The translations under genes and the position numbers were made by a program. Below are positions 37,546 to 50,785 of a stretch of DNA of 64,000 bases, one piece after another. The DNA is from Callorhinchus milii (lineage: Eukaryota): positions 132,558,001-132,622,000 of the forward strand of contig NW_024704742.1 in assembly GCF_018977255.1 (NCBI RefSeq). The letters are read 5' to 3'. How positions within the stretch are numbered: position 1 is the stretch's first letter; every line of letters begins with the position of its first letter. The notes under the pieces are model-generated. The model was given only the letters and a program-made list of their open reading frames with translations. It had not been told where the DNA came from and did not search any database.

Positions 37546-37910
37546 CCTGTAGTGTATTGGTTAGCACGCTCACCTCGCGAGGAAGAGGACCTGGGTTCGA
37601 TTCCCAAACTAGGCGAAACCTTAGATTGGTTTCCTTACGCCACAGTCCTCTGTTTACCTAGCAGCAAGTAAAAACACAGTTGTTAGTGAATTGGCGGATC
37701 GCTTTCCAGGGGTAATATTCCCTTCAAAAATAAGTTTTAAAAAATAATAATTTGATCAATCAATCCACGACTGTTTGTGGGACACTGCTATGTGCAATTG
37801 GATGCTGCATTTCATCCAGAAAATATACAGTCAATTGACATTACAGTATATTCTGTAAAGCGTCTCAACGACGAGATAAGGCGCTATATTAATTGCAAAG
37901 ATTATTATTA
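37546..37910 (+). mobile_element. CORE-type SINE, full-length form
   Basis: Head, body and tail recognisable. Confidence 0.85.
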
Positions 37911-38309
37911 CTTAAATTTTCCTCCTAATCCGCCTGCTGAAATGTAACAGCTCTGCCTCGCTCCACAGCTTTAATTGCTTTTGAAGGCAGAAACAAAAAA
38001 GATCCACAGGCAAACCGAACTTGACTTCAACCAGTTAGCAGACAGGCTGATCACTCGTCTCACAGGATCAATGATTTTGCATGACTAATTAGCGTGAACA
38101 TCTGGTAATGGGAGTTTGAGATAAACAAATGTGATAGTCTTCATCAGTGTCAATTATCACATCGTGGGAATTTTCACTGCCTTTGATGGGTCAAACGGTC
38201 CTGTGTGAAAGCTCTCCCCCAACATCTTCAGCGGTAGTTGAAGGCAATCAGAGCACTCGGGACAAAACTAGATTGGATTATACTGGGTAACGAGTTGTTC
38301 TTTTTATTT

Positions 38310-38708
38310 ATACTTGCATTTGATGTAGAGCTTTTCACAGCAGGTGGTTTATCTCAAAATATAGCGACGTGTATTTGGTAGGGAAACGCAGCACTGACTT
38401 TCACAAGCAATATCTCACAAACTGTTACAAAGTGAGTGACCAATTTCTAACTGGGGGGATTGTTGGCCAGGACACCGGGAGAAAGTCTCTTCTCTTTACG
38501 AATGGTGCCATTGGATCTTTAACATCCATCTGAACAGATAGAGGGGGGGACTGTTGCTTAACGTCTCATCCAAAGGACGGCATCTCCAACAATGTAGTGC
38601 TCCCCCAACACTACACTGGAACATCAGCCTAGAGTTCAAAGGCTCAACATGGGGCTTGAATCCACAACCCTCTGACTCACAGGCGAGAGTGCTACCAACT
38701 GAACCAGG
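38310..38708 (-). mobile_element. Deu-domain SINE
   Basis: Same head, Deu domain (cgtcctttggatgagacgttaa...cccggtgtcctggccaa) and tail as 26505-26940. Confidence 0.75.
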
Positions 38709-39779
38709 CAATAAACCTAGAGCCATAAAATTTACAGCACAGAAGAAGACCTATTATGCCTGTGCTGGCTCTTTTAAACAGCAAACCATTTATCTGCCTT
38801 TTTCTGCGTGTAGTTTACTCCTTTTTAGATATCTACAATAACAACAATGACTTGTGTTTATATAGTGCCCTTCAGTGTCTCGCAGCACTGACAGCTATCT
38901 TGGTCTCTTTTGGAAGTTAACATGGATTCGACCTCAACATCCATCCCAGCAGTGCATTCTGTATCCTAACAACTCTCTGCCTGTAAAAAGATTTCTCGTC
39001 TCCAACAGATAATAAAAATGTGACAAAGGGAGAGAGAGGGAGATCACCTCAGCCTTTTCTAGAGTGTTGACAGGAATGAAATAAGCATGACAAGTACAGA
39101 AACAGTATTGAGTCCCTGCCAAGCACCAGCAGTTCCCACAGTCTCTGCGGAGTTGGAAAACACACTGGGATTTAGTGCGATACCATTAAGCAGTAAAATA
39201 AGTTCTTCTTTAGATAGGATGAATAGCTTCTACGAATTGCTGAGAAATCAATTATGCAGGGCTTTCTCATTTGTCTTCAGTACAGAATGGAAGGGAGATT
39301 CATTAGCAAGTGAAGAAGAAACGCTTATTAAATCCTTTTCACCCATTTTCTATTTTTCTTCTTACTTTTACATCTGGTTGGTCGCAAGCCTAGCAAACCG
39401 GTTCTCTGCTCAATGACAAGAACTGGCATTTATTTAGCGCCCCCCGCGCAGGGTAGTGACACAGAACACTTGACAGTGGCGGAGCACAATGCAAAGCCGG
39501 GAGGAGGGGGAGGTAACCGTAAGCACGGTCGAATAGGAAAGTCTTCAGGCGTGACTTTCATAGGGAAGGAAGGGGCAAGGCGAAGGGAGGAAGAGTTTTC
39601 CAGAGTTTTGGGCTGTAGTGGCTGAAAGCAAGGCCACCAATGCTGCAACGGCGGGCACGAGAGACATGCAGAAGGCTGGAGCCAGTCAAGGGAGGCAGGG
39701 AGTTGTGTGTTGGGGGATACGTAGGTCGGAGAGGTAGGGAGGCGGATAGAAAGGGCGTAGAAACATAGGATCTCAACCG

Positions 39780-40060
39780 ACATTCAATAAGATTGTGGCT
39801 GATCTACCTCAAATCCAATTACCCACCCTTGCCCCATATCCCTTAATATCCTGACCTAATACATATCTCTCTAGCTCAGTCTTGAAATGTGAACAGATCC
39901 AACATCCACAGCCTTTTGGGGGAGAGAGTTCCAGATTTCCACTGCCCTGTGGGTGAAAAACTTCCTTCTAATTTTATACCTAAATGGCCTAGTTCTAATT
40001 TTAAGATTATGCATCCCTTGTTCTGGATTCCTCACCGGAGAAAATAGTCTCTCTGTATCT
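39780..40060 (-). mobile_element. CR1-type LINE 3' fragment
   Basis: Minus-strand RKFFTHRAVEIWNSLPQKAV and CR1 3' UTR. More degraded CR1 pieces near 14985-15330, 25315-25530 and 28170-28410. Confidence 0.75.
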
Positions 40061-40948
40061 GAAGGTATGAAGGGATTTGAAGACACCTGTGAGGATCTTG
40101 AAATCAACAACAAGATTACATTTGTATAGCGCCTTTCACGTCGGGAGGACGTCCTAATCGATCCATTCGGTGGCTAGGGAGTCAGTGGAGCTTGGCTAGA
40201 ATTGCTGTGATGGGGGCACGGAGTTTAGTGCTGGTGAGTATGTGGGTGGTGGAGTTTCGGATTAGCTGAATTGTGGATAGTGGAACTGGTGAGACTGGCG
40301 AGGTGGGCAGAATTACAGGAGGTCAGGGACCTCGCTGTTCCCGTAAACTTAGAAGTTGTAAGGGTTTCTAGGTAATAATATAATAATCCCTCCATTTGAT
40401 ATAGCGCTTTCCATGTCTTCTAGACGTCTCAAAGCGCTTCACAGAATATACTGTAAAGTCAATTGACTGTATATTTGTGGGCAAAACCCAGCAGCCAATT
40501 TCTCACAGCAGTGTCCCATGAACAGTCGTGGATTGAGTGACCAAAGTATCTTTTTTTAAATTTAAGTAAGGAGGAATGCTGCATTATTGCTTCATGCATC
40601 ATTTATTTTGCTTGCTCTCGGTTTAATATCATCGCGTCAGCTCTTCCAGTTTCAGTCAGAGGACAAAGAGTACAAAGGGTTTGCTGTCCGCTTTCAAACA
40701 TTCACTCACTACAATGTTCCAGTCTCTAGAGGCCCTGAAAAAAATCCACAAGCTACTGCGGCTTTGACCCCACAGTTATTTTTAAGAACAAAATTCGCCT
40801 ACAAAATACACGGTCACTGCACTTTATTAATAATGATTACAATTATTAGTAATGATAATAATAATCCTCACATTTGATACAGGGTCTTTTATGCCAGGAG
40901 GCTGTCTCAAAGCGCTTTGCAGGATACAGTGGAAAATGCAGTGACTCT

Positions 40949-41291
40949 GGAGTCCGGTAGCTCAATGGTTAGAGCACTCGCCTCACAAGCGAGAGACCTG
41001 GGTTCGATTCCTGGCAGGGAAAAACGTTGGGCTTATTTACTCCACTCACCTCTGTTTACCTAGCAGTAAGTAGGAACCCGGATTGACGGATTGCTTTTCC
41101 AAGGGTAATAATTCCTTAAAGGAAAAAAAATTGGTCATGACTGTTTGTGGGAAACTGCTGTGCGCAATTCGCTGTCATGGTTCACCCAGAAAATATACAG
41201 TCAATTCACTTTACAGTATTTTCTGTGAAACTCTTTGAGACGTCTCGAAGATATGAAAAATGGTATATGAAATGCAAGGATTATTATTATT
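40949..41291 (+). mobile_element. CORE-type SINE
   Basis: ggagtccggtagctcaatggttagagc head through caaggattattatt tail. Confidence 0.85.
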
Positions 41292-42075
41292 TTGTAAGCG
41301 AATGCAGCAACCAATTTGCAAACAAATCTCCCGCAAATGGCCGTAAAGTGAATGACCAATTTTATTTTGGGGATTATTGACCAGGACCCCGGAATTTTTT
41401 TTTCGAATAGGGCCCCAGGGTCTTTAACATTCACCTAAACAGGCAAGAATGCGGTTTAGGCGGGGAGGTGGAAGGCGGAGGGATTGAGGAAGAAAATTCT
41501 CTAACTTCAGGATGTAGTGGCTGAAAGCATGGCCACCGATGGTGGAGTGGAAGGGATGAGGGGGTTGTGCAGAAGGCCAGAGCCAGCTGAGTGAAGGAGA
41601 CAGGAAGGGGAGCGGTGTGTGAGAAAGTCGGAGAGGTAGGGACATTCCAAGGCATTAAATGATTTGTAGGTGATTAATTTGGACTGAGCCCTTAAATGTG
41701 AGACAATTTACAATTATGAAGAAGTTGACGTGTTGCTAATGTAGAAATTAAATGGTCTTTTTAAAATTCCATTTATCAGTCCACTGGGTACAGATTCATT
41801 TCACCGTACTGAAAGGAGAGGGGAGCTCAGTGGAGTGTTCTTGGAGGCGGACTGGTGACTAGTTTGGCAACAATAGATAATTATTTGATTTGGGGAGGAC
41901 AAGTTTGCAGGGCAGTGGGGAGAGAGTGGGGGAGTGGGATTGAATTGGATAGCTCGTGTGTGCTGTATATTTCTCTGATTCTGTGAACAAAATGTTGGAA
42001 TGGAGTCAGCCCTCTTGTTATTCCAGTTCCTGGCCCCTCCCAACCTAATCCCCCTCCTCCCCACCACACGCACAA

Positions 42076-42113
<38 letters not shown>

Positions 42114-42387
42114 CTTCCCTCCCAAACTGTCAGTTTGCGCATCCCAATGCATTCGGACAAACTGTTATCTGAGGAATCTAGAGAGTGTGTCATGCAGTGT
42201 TAGCACGGCACTTACTGTAATGTTAAGTAGGTAATTGAAACACTTTTTTCACTGGTATCATTTGTCAGATAAGGCTGAGTACAAGTCTGCTAGAAGAATG
42301 AATTTAATATCCGCTGAACTCCAGCCCTGGAACCCCAGGACTTGGGAGACAGAGGTCGTATTTGTGTTGAGGAATTCCACATCATAT

Positions 42388-42771
42388 TAATAATAATAAA
42401 ATAATAATAATCCTTGTATTTGATATAGCGCTTTTCACGGCTTCGAGACATCTCAAAGCGCTTCATAGAATATACTGTTAAGTGAATTGACTGTACATTT
42501 GTAGGTGAAACGCGGCAGCCAATTGAGCACAGCAGTGTCCCACAAAAGGTCATGGATTGAGTGACCAAATTATTATTGTTTTTTCTTTGAAGGATTATTA
42601 TCCCCAGAAAAGCGATCTGACAATCGACTAACAACCAGGTTCCTATTTACTGCTAGGTAAACAGAGGCGTGTGGAGTAAGGAAACTTGCTCAACGTTTCG
42701 CCCTGCCGGGAATCAAACCCAGGTTTCTCGCTTGCGAGGTGACTGCTCTAACCACTGAGCTACTGGACTCC
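42388..42771 (-). mobile_element. CORE-type SINE, full-length form
   Basis: Complete head, body and tail. Confidence 0.9.
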
Positions 42772-42894
42772 AGTATTTCCTATTTAGTTCCAGGACACAA
42801 CAAACTAAATGAGAAAAAATGGCTTGTACAGTCAATTCAACGCTTTGAAAAGAGAAGGGAGTTTCTTCCGATGTCCAGCCAACATCACTCACAT

Positions 42895-43211
42895 GGAGTC
42901 CTGTGGCTCAGTGGTTAGAGCACTCGCTTTGCAAGCGAGAGACCTGAGTTCAATCCCAGGCAGGGCGAAACCTTGGGCAAGTTTCCTTACTCCACACGCC
43001 TAATAATAATCCCTCCAAAACCAAAACAATAATAAATTGGTCATTTTCAATCTACGACTGTTTGTGGGACATTGCTGTGCGCAATTGGCTGCCGCGTTCA
43101 CCCACAAATATACAGTCAATTCACTTTACAGTGTGTTCTGTGAAGTGCTTTGGGACGTCCTCCCGACGTGAAAAGCGCTATATCAAATGCAAGGATTATT
43201 ATTATTATTAT
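42895..43211 (+). mobile_element. CORE-type SINE, young internally deleted subfamily
   Basis: Near-identical to 1117-1434. Confidence 0.9.
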
Positions 43212-44549
43212 AAGATTGGTCCCTCAGTCTATGGCTGTGTGTGGGATATTGCTGTGCGTGCAAATTGGCTGCCGGGTTCGGTTGCAATTTACACAGTCAC
43301 CACACTTTACTTTTCCCTGTGCACCATTGGTGGCCTCTCTGCCTCCACCCTTTGGAAATCCATCCCACAACCCCTTCGCCTTGCTCCCTCTCTTGCCTCC
43401 TTCAAGGCATGACTCAAGACCCTCGTTTTTGACCGTGCCTTCAGCCGCCCTCCTACCCTCCTAAGACAATAATCTTTCAAGAAAAAAAACAATAATGGTC
43501 ATTTCAATCCACGACTGTTTGTGGGACACTGATGTGCGCAATTGGCTGCCGCATTTCACCCACAAATATACAGTCAATTCACTTTACAGTCCATTCTGTG
43601 AAGCGCTTTAAGACGTCTAGAAGATGTGAAAAACGCTATAACAAATGCAAGGATTATTAGCATTATTATTACCTCTCTGCCCTGTCTCATCCCAACCTTG
43701 CACCCCCCCAAGCTTGGGTCCTGATTCCCCAGCTGTTGAGCACCTTGGGATGTCCTCCCGACCTGAAAGGTGTTTCACAAATGTAATTTTGTTGTTGTTC
43801 TGAAGTGCTTTGAGGTGTTACATGTAACCCTAATATGTGGGGGGGGGTCCTGCCTGGATAAACAGGGGGAAGCTTCTCTCAGTTATAACAATTCTTGCAT
43901 TTGATATAGCGCCTTTCACATGGGAGGACGTCTCAAAGCGCTTCACGGGATTTAGTAAAGTGCCGTATTCTATGAGGAAAACTTATGTATGGAGTTGGCA
44001 TGTATGGAGCAATTACCTGAACTGCGAGCTGAAGTCCTGATTTGGGACTTAGAACTCAAACTTTCTGACCTTAGAGGCAGGGGGGAGCAAAGTACAAAAG
44101 GGAACTAGACAGATATCAAAAAGGAGTAAATTGGAGGGGAAAAGACAGGTGATAGGTTTGTTTTTTAAAAGAACCAGCGCAGATAAGATGGGCCAAATGG
44201 CCTTGTTCTGTGTTGTAAATTGTTTGGGTTCTTTGGTTCTAGAATGGAGCCAAGCCAACACTAGATGCCAATAATTAAACAGGATGTATATATCTATCTG
44301 AATCATGATGTAGAGTGCATTGCACTTCCTCAACTTCCTAGCATCTTATGTTTCAATAAAGATTGCAGCTCAGAACATTTCTATCTTGGACAGTTAATGG
44401 GACCAGAAAAACGTGAATTTAATAAGAAAGTGGGAAGTGATCCATTTCTCTATTAAAAACATTTTGCAAGTTTCATTTGGGAAAAATGTGTTCTGTGAGC
44501 TGGATGAATGTATTTGGTTAATAGCAAAGTGCTTTACATTTAATGATCA

Positions 44550-44853
44550 TAATACTAATCCTCGTGATGTAGCGCTTTTCATATCTTCTGGACATCTTAA
44601 AATGCTTTACAGAATAGACTGTAAAGTGAATTGACTGTATATTTGTGGGCGAAACGCAGCAGCCAATTGTGCACAGCAGTGTCCCACATACAGTCGTGGA
44701 TTGAGTAACCAAATTATTATTGTTTTTTTCAGTGAGGGAGTATTATCAGGCATGTGGAGCAAGAAAACTTGCCTGAGGTTTCGCCCGGCCAGGAATCAAA
44801 CCCAGGTGTCTTGCTCGCGAGGTGAGTGCTCTCACCACTGAGCTCCAGGACTC
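44550..44853 (-). mobile_element. CORE-type SINE, internally deleted
   Basis: Head, short body and tail. Confidence 0.8.
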
Positions 44854-44997
44854 TCAACTTTGAAACATTTGAGCTCACAGATTAAGATGCTTCAATCCAT
44901 ATCTCCTCCACAATACTCTGGAGGAGATACACTTTCCTTGATAAATTCACCTAAACAGGCAGACGGGACCTGGGTTTAATGGTTCATGTTTATTGTT

Positions 44998-45383
44998 GAG
45001 TCCTGTAGAGTATTGGTTAGCGCGCTCATCTCGCAAACGAGAGGAGCCGGATTCAATTCCTGGGTGGGGCAAAATGTTAGGCAAGTTTCCTTTCTTGACA
45101 CACCTCTGTTTTACCTAGTAGTAAATAGGAACCCTGTTGTTAGTCGATTGGTGGATTGCTTTCCGGGTGGTAATAATTCCTTAAAAAAATAATAATTTGG
45201 TCATTCAAATCCACGATTGTTTGTGGGACACTGCTGTGCACAATAGGCTGTCCTGATTCGCCCACAAAGTATACAGTCAATATTCACTTTCCCGTATATT
45301 CTGTAAAGAGCTTTGAGAAATCTCAATGACGTGATAAGTTGCCAAATCAAATGCAAAGATTATTATTATTATTATTATTGTTA
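44998..45383 (+). mobile_element. CORE-type SINE, full-length form
   Basis: Head, body and (TTA)n tail. Confidence 0.8.
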
Positions 45384-47337
45384 TTCCATCTGAAGAGTGG
45401 CACCTCTGACAAGGCAGTGATTCCCCAGCAGTGCATTGGATTGTTAGTCAGAGATCAAAGTCCTGACATGAGGCTTCAACCCACAACCTTCGGACTCGGA
45501 CAAAAGTTTTACCAATTTGCCAAACTATCATCAACTAGTAGAACAGGCTTTGTTGCCTTATGATAAATTTGCTTGGCATGATTATATTTTTTACAATGAC
45601 TAACGTTTTATTAGCTTTCTTCCGTTCCTCTGCTATACCTCATTCACTGTAATTCAGTATTTCCAAGTGCCGGAAATAAACCTTTTTGTCTCTGTGGATG
45701 TTAATTTACTGGGAGGTCTTCAACTCCTATAATGGAGAGTCAAAACGTAAATCTGAAAACTGCACGAGGACTCAGCCTTTATGAATTAATAATGTTTCCC
45801 AGATTCTCTCATTAATTCCATCCTGACAGATGAGAGGTCAGGCCTCGCATATTTAGATTGAGAATGAACATGTATCTCCTGCAAAGAAAAGCAACATTTA
45901 TTATTTTAGATTCCGACCTTGCCTTTCTCCTCGTCATAGTCACTTAGTTTGGGGTTTAAAAATAAACTGGTGGTGATGGACGGTGAGTCCAAAAGCACTT
46001 TGGTACGCTACCCTGCATGAGGGGCGCTATATAAATGCAAGTTGTTGTTTTTAAAAGAATACAGGACCCATGCACTACTTTTAAACTTCACAGGATGCCC
46101 TGTACAATGCAGTGACTTGTGCATTTTGTGGGCAAATGTGGTAGCCGCCAATTTGCACACAGCAATGTCCTACAAACAGTCATGAATTAATTTACCAGTT
46201 TTATTTGGGGGATTGTTGTCCAGGACACCGGGAGAAACTATTTTCTCTTTTCAAATCGTGCCACAGAATTTTTAATGTCACCTGACAGACAGCTGGGGCT
46301 TCAATTTAAGGTTTCATCCGAAGGACAGCATCTCTGACAATGGAGCACTCCCCCAGCTTTGTAGTGCTGTGTCAACCTAAACCATGAGCAAGAAGTCCCA
46401 ATGTGGGGCTTGGACTCATAACCTTCTGACTCAAAGTCTAGCTGAGATTCAGCTAAAAATAGGGAACTGAGTATTCTGCGAATAACAAAAAACTTGCATT
46501 TGATACATCGCCTTATCATATCGTCAAAATGACTCAAAGCACAGTTTTGCTTAATGTGTAGTGACTTTGTGTTCATAGTGAATGTGGCACTCAAGCACTG
46601 GCTCTGGATTGGGGAGGTTCATTTCCATTGCCAGTTTCTCATTGATGGAAAAATGCTGTATTTCTTAACAGATTGGATGCGATTACATGATCTGTTAAAA
46701 ACATTGCATTTCCCATCCAATACTTTGCAGTGAGTTATTTACAATAATGATGGTGACACTGAGCAGCCATTGTTATTAATAATAATAATTCTTACACTCG
46801 GCACAGCGCTTTCATGATGGGAGGAAGTCCCAAAGTGCTTCACGGGATATACTGTGAAGTGCTGTGATTGGATGTTTTGTGGATGAAGAGCAATGTGCTT
46901 CAAGACACCTCTAATGTATAATTCATCAGTCAAATGTACCTAAAGTCCATTTAATAAGGTAATTGTATCTCTTAAAGCATTGCAGTGGAGAGATAACAAA
47001 TGGAATAATTCATTATAGAAGATTTGCACTTTAAAATAATCAACTGATTTATACAAGTAAAGACATTTTGACATATTATTGATAATTTGCAGAAATCTAA
47101 CTTATAATGAAATGTGGCTCAAGAATTCAAGGAGGGAGACTGTGAATGCCTGATAAGATATTTCTTCTCAAAGGCTGTATAAATAGATCAGTCTAGGATG
47201 ACACACCAACGCAATAATGTAAGAAGTGCCATCGTTAAACTGAAGTCCCATCTGCCTGTTCAGGTGGATGTTCAAAATCTCATGTTACTATTTAACAAGA
47301 AAAATGGGTTTGTCGTGGTGTCCCCCCCCCCAGAGAT

Positions 47338-48775
47338 ACAACAACAAAAAATTACATTTATGTAGCAACTTTCAAGTCGGGAGGACGTCCCAAGGCGCCG
47401 GACAGTCAGAGTTTTGGACCCGAGCTGAGGGTCAGGATTGGGGAGGGCAGGGGTGGGTGCAGGGAATCGAAAGCAGAGGGGGGTCTTGAGATGGGTTTTG
47501 AAGGAGGCAAGGGAGGGAGCGAGGTGGAGGGACTGCAGGGTGAAGTTCCAGAGGGTGGGGGAAGAGTGGCAGAAGGCCCGCCTGCCAATGGTGGGGCGGG
47601 TGAGGCGGGGGACGTGAAGTAGGCTGGAGCCCGCTGAGCGATGGGAGCGGGCAGAATGGTAGGGAGTTAGGAGATCGTAGAGTTAGGGGGGGAGTAAGGC
47701 CATGGAGGGCTTTGAAAGTGAGGACCAGGATCTTGAACTGTATCCTCTGTGTGTTGGGAAGCCAGTGGTGTCGGGCGAGGATGGGGGAGATAGGGTCATG
47801 GAGCCTGGTGTGGGAGAGAACATGGGCTGCAGAGTTATGGATGATCTGCAGCCTGTGGAAGGAGGAGTTGGGGAGGTTGACAGGCAGGGAGTTTGAATAA
47901 TCAAGCCTCCTGTTATGAATGTGTGTATGAGGTTTTCGGCAGCCTGCGGTTTGAGACATTGGTGAAGCCGGACGATGTTGCGGAGGTGGGGGAAGGCAGA
48001 GCGGGCCATGGCACCAATGTGGGGTAGAAAGGATAGTTGAGGGTCAAACAAGATGCCAACGTTCCGGACTGGCTTAGCAAGTTGGAGTGTGCATGGATGG
48101 TGATGCTGTCAGCGCCTGAGGTGAGGAGGTGCTGACGGGAGCCAATAAAGAGAGCCTCGGTCATGTTGATGTTCAACTGAAGAAAGTTAGCTCGCATCAG
48201 GACTTGATGTCTGACAGACATTCTGTCAACACAGCAGTGGTCCTGGAGTGAAGGGTGGAGGCAGAGAGGTACAGTTGGGTGTGATCCGCATACATGTGGA
48301 AGTTGACCCCATGTCTGAGAATGATGTCACCGAGAGGGAGCATATAGATATTGAAGAGAAGGGAACCAAGGACAGAGCCCTGAGGAACGCCGCACAAGAT
48401 GGTGCGGGGCTAGAAGAGAAACCGTTTGAGGAGATGAAGTGGAGGCGGTGTGAGAGGTATGATGTGAACCAGTCAAGGACAGAGCCATGAACGTTGAGGT
48501 GAGAGGAGAGGTGGTGGATGAGGATAGAGGGGTTGATGGTGTCGAAGGCAGCAGATAGGTCAGGGAGGAGGAGGAGGCAGAGAGAGCCCTGGTCTTAGAT
48601 GGACAGAATATCATTTGTTACTTTGACCAGGACTGTTTCTGTGCTGTGGGCGGCATAGAAACCCGATTGGCGGGATTCACGAAGGGAGTGGTGGGAGAGA
48701 AAGGAGCGAAGCTGAGAAGCAGTAACTCATTCCAAGACCTTGGAGAGGAAGGGGAGGTTGGAGATGGGGCGGTAA
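47338..48775 (-). mobile_element. L2 (LINE2) retrotransposon, 5'-truncated, disrupted RT
   Basis: Minus-strand motifs [47 protein letters not shown]; frameshifted; 3' (TTG)n tail. Confidence 0.92.
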
Positions 48776-50439
48776 TAAAAAGATAAATTGTTCACTTGCT
48801 TCGTGGCTTTTGGTGAGACATTGCTATGCGCAAATTGGCTGCTGCATTCACCCACAAAACACAAAGTCACTACACTGTAAGGTATCTCCGTGAAGCAACA
48901 ACAACAACAAAATTACATTTATATAGCGCCTTTGATGTCAGGATGATGTCCCAAGGTGCTGGACAGTCAGGGGTCAGGACCTAAGCATGGTAGGCAGTGC
49001 TGGTCATGGCACGGATGTGGGGGAGAAAGGACAGTTCAGGGTCAAACAAGACACCCAGGTTCCTTACTGGCTTAGGTGCAGAGGTGCTAGCCCGAGCCAA
49101 TTGGAAGGGCCTCGATCTTGCTGAAGTTCAGTTGGAAAAGTTGTCCCTCGTCCAGGACTTAAGATGTCCTCCTGAGGTTAAAATGTTTTACCAAAGGGCC
49201 TTCTTCATCCGAACTAGTCTTGTGACATAAATGGGAATTGTATTGTAGATTCATCACCAGAAAGAGATTGAAGTCACACGAACTGTGAAGTACAAAAAGC
49301 CCATTGATTCACTTTATGTTCCGATGCTTGCTTCATCCTTCAATCCAGATCATCTCAATTTAATGGGGCGATGCGCTATTTTGGTCATAGTTTTATAGAA
49401 CTCATTCCCTGCAGCTAATATTAATGTCGACCTTATCATATTAGCAGAAATCAGATATCATGACAGAGAGAGAGAGATTGTCAAGCCACTGAATTATTCA
49501 CAGCAGTGAGACAGTCTCTGAATTAAACATATGCAAACCAGCCCAACAGAATGGGAGTTTTACAAACGACCTGAAATAAATAGGGACGGAGAAACAGATT
49601 GGTGCTCAGGTGAGCATATTTCAGGGACATAAATAAATTTTAAAAAATTGAACTCACCACAATTCCTGATGCTGGCAGTACGGGAGAAGCTTGCTGGATT
49701 AATTGATTGTGTTTCCCTGATGACTGCATCTAATGTGGAATGTTCTTGTTCTTGCTCAGTTGGCTGCTGAAATCAAAACGGGGCAAATTTGGCCCCAGAG
49801 ACAAAATGCCTCATCTGGGGACTATCCCCACATATTGGGAACATATTGTCACCCTATGGTACTCTGTCCCGGGTTAGAGGGTTAGAGGGTTGGTGGGTTA
49901 AGACCCACAAAGGGACTTGAAACTCAGTGTCTGTGCTCACATTCCAATGCACTGCAGATAAAATTGATCATTCACTTCACGGCTGTTTGTGGAAAGTTGC
50001 TGTGCACTAATTGACTACACACAGAGGCTCTCCGTGTACAAAGCAAAAAGGACTTTGGAGGCATCCTGATGCAAGTCAGCTTTTTTTAAAAAAAAGTGCA
50101 GGAAGCTAAAATGTCTGACTTCTGGGTCATCGGGTCACTGCCCACAACACTTTCTGTTTTTCGCCTGCAGAGGAAACTTGGTATATCATTGGCAACGACC
50201 TAATGACCTGAAGGTCGGCCATCTTAAAGCAAAAGCAAGAGAGTGAGCTACGTGCATTCGAAGTGAATGGAGACCACAATGCAACTGCATCATCACCACA
50301 TTCACTTCAGGTGCACTTGGCACTGTACTTTGCTAAGGCTCTTCAGCCATAAACGTACAACACAGAGGGAACTTTATAAAGATATATAAAATGCTGGATG
50401 AGAAAGTAAACCCAGTACAATACTTCCCTTCATAGAGTC

Positions 50440-50785
50440 ATGAAGTGTATTGGTTGGAGCACTTGGTTCAATTCCCGGGCAAAACCTTAGGCAAGTTTCC
50501 TTACTCCGCACACCTCTGTTTACCTAGCAGTAAGTAGGCACCCGGTTGTTAGTCGATTGGCGGATTGATTTTCCGAGGGTAATAATCTCTTCAAAAATAA
50601 TAATAATAATAATTTGGTCATTCAATCCACAGCTGTTTGTGGGACACTGCTGTGCACAATTGGCTGCTGCGTTTCACCCACAAAATACACAGTGAATTCA
50701 CTTCAAAGCATATTCTGCAAAGTGCTTTGAGCCGTCTCCATGATGTGATAATGCACTATGTCAAATGCAAGGATTATTATTATTA
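50440..50785 (+). mobile_element. CORE-type SINE
   Basis: CORE-like segment, body and tail; degraded head. Confidence 0.8.

Noticed and set aside
38209..38224. KLSPN-encoding stretch resembling the penultimate DNAI1 exon
   Set aside because: Lies downstream of the last exon, is preceded by an in-frame stop, and the flanking residues do not match.
49871..49900. gggttagagggttagagggttggtgggtta as interstitial telomeric repeat
   Set aside because: Only 3-4 imperfect 8-nt units rather than TTAGGG arrays; too short to support a call.
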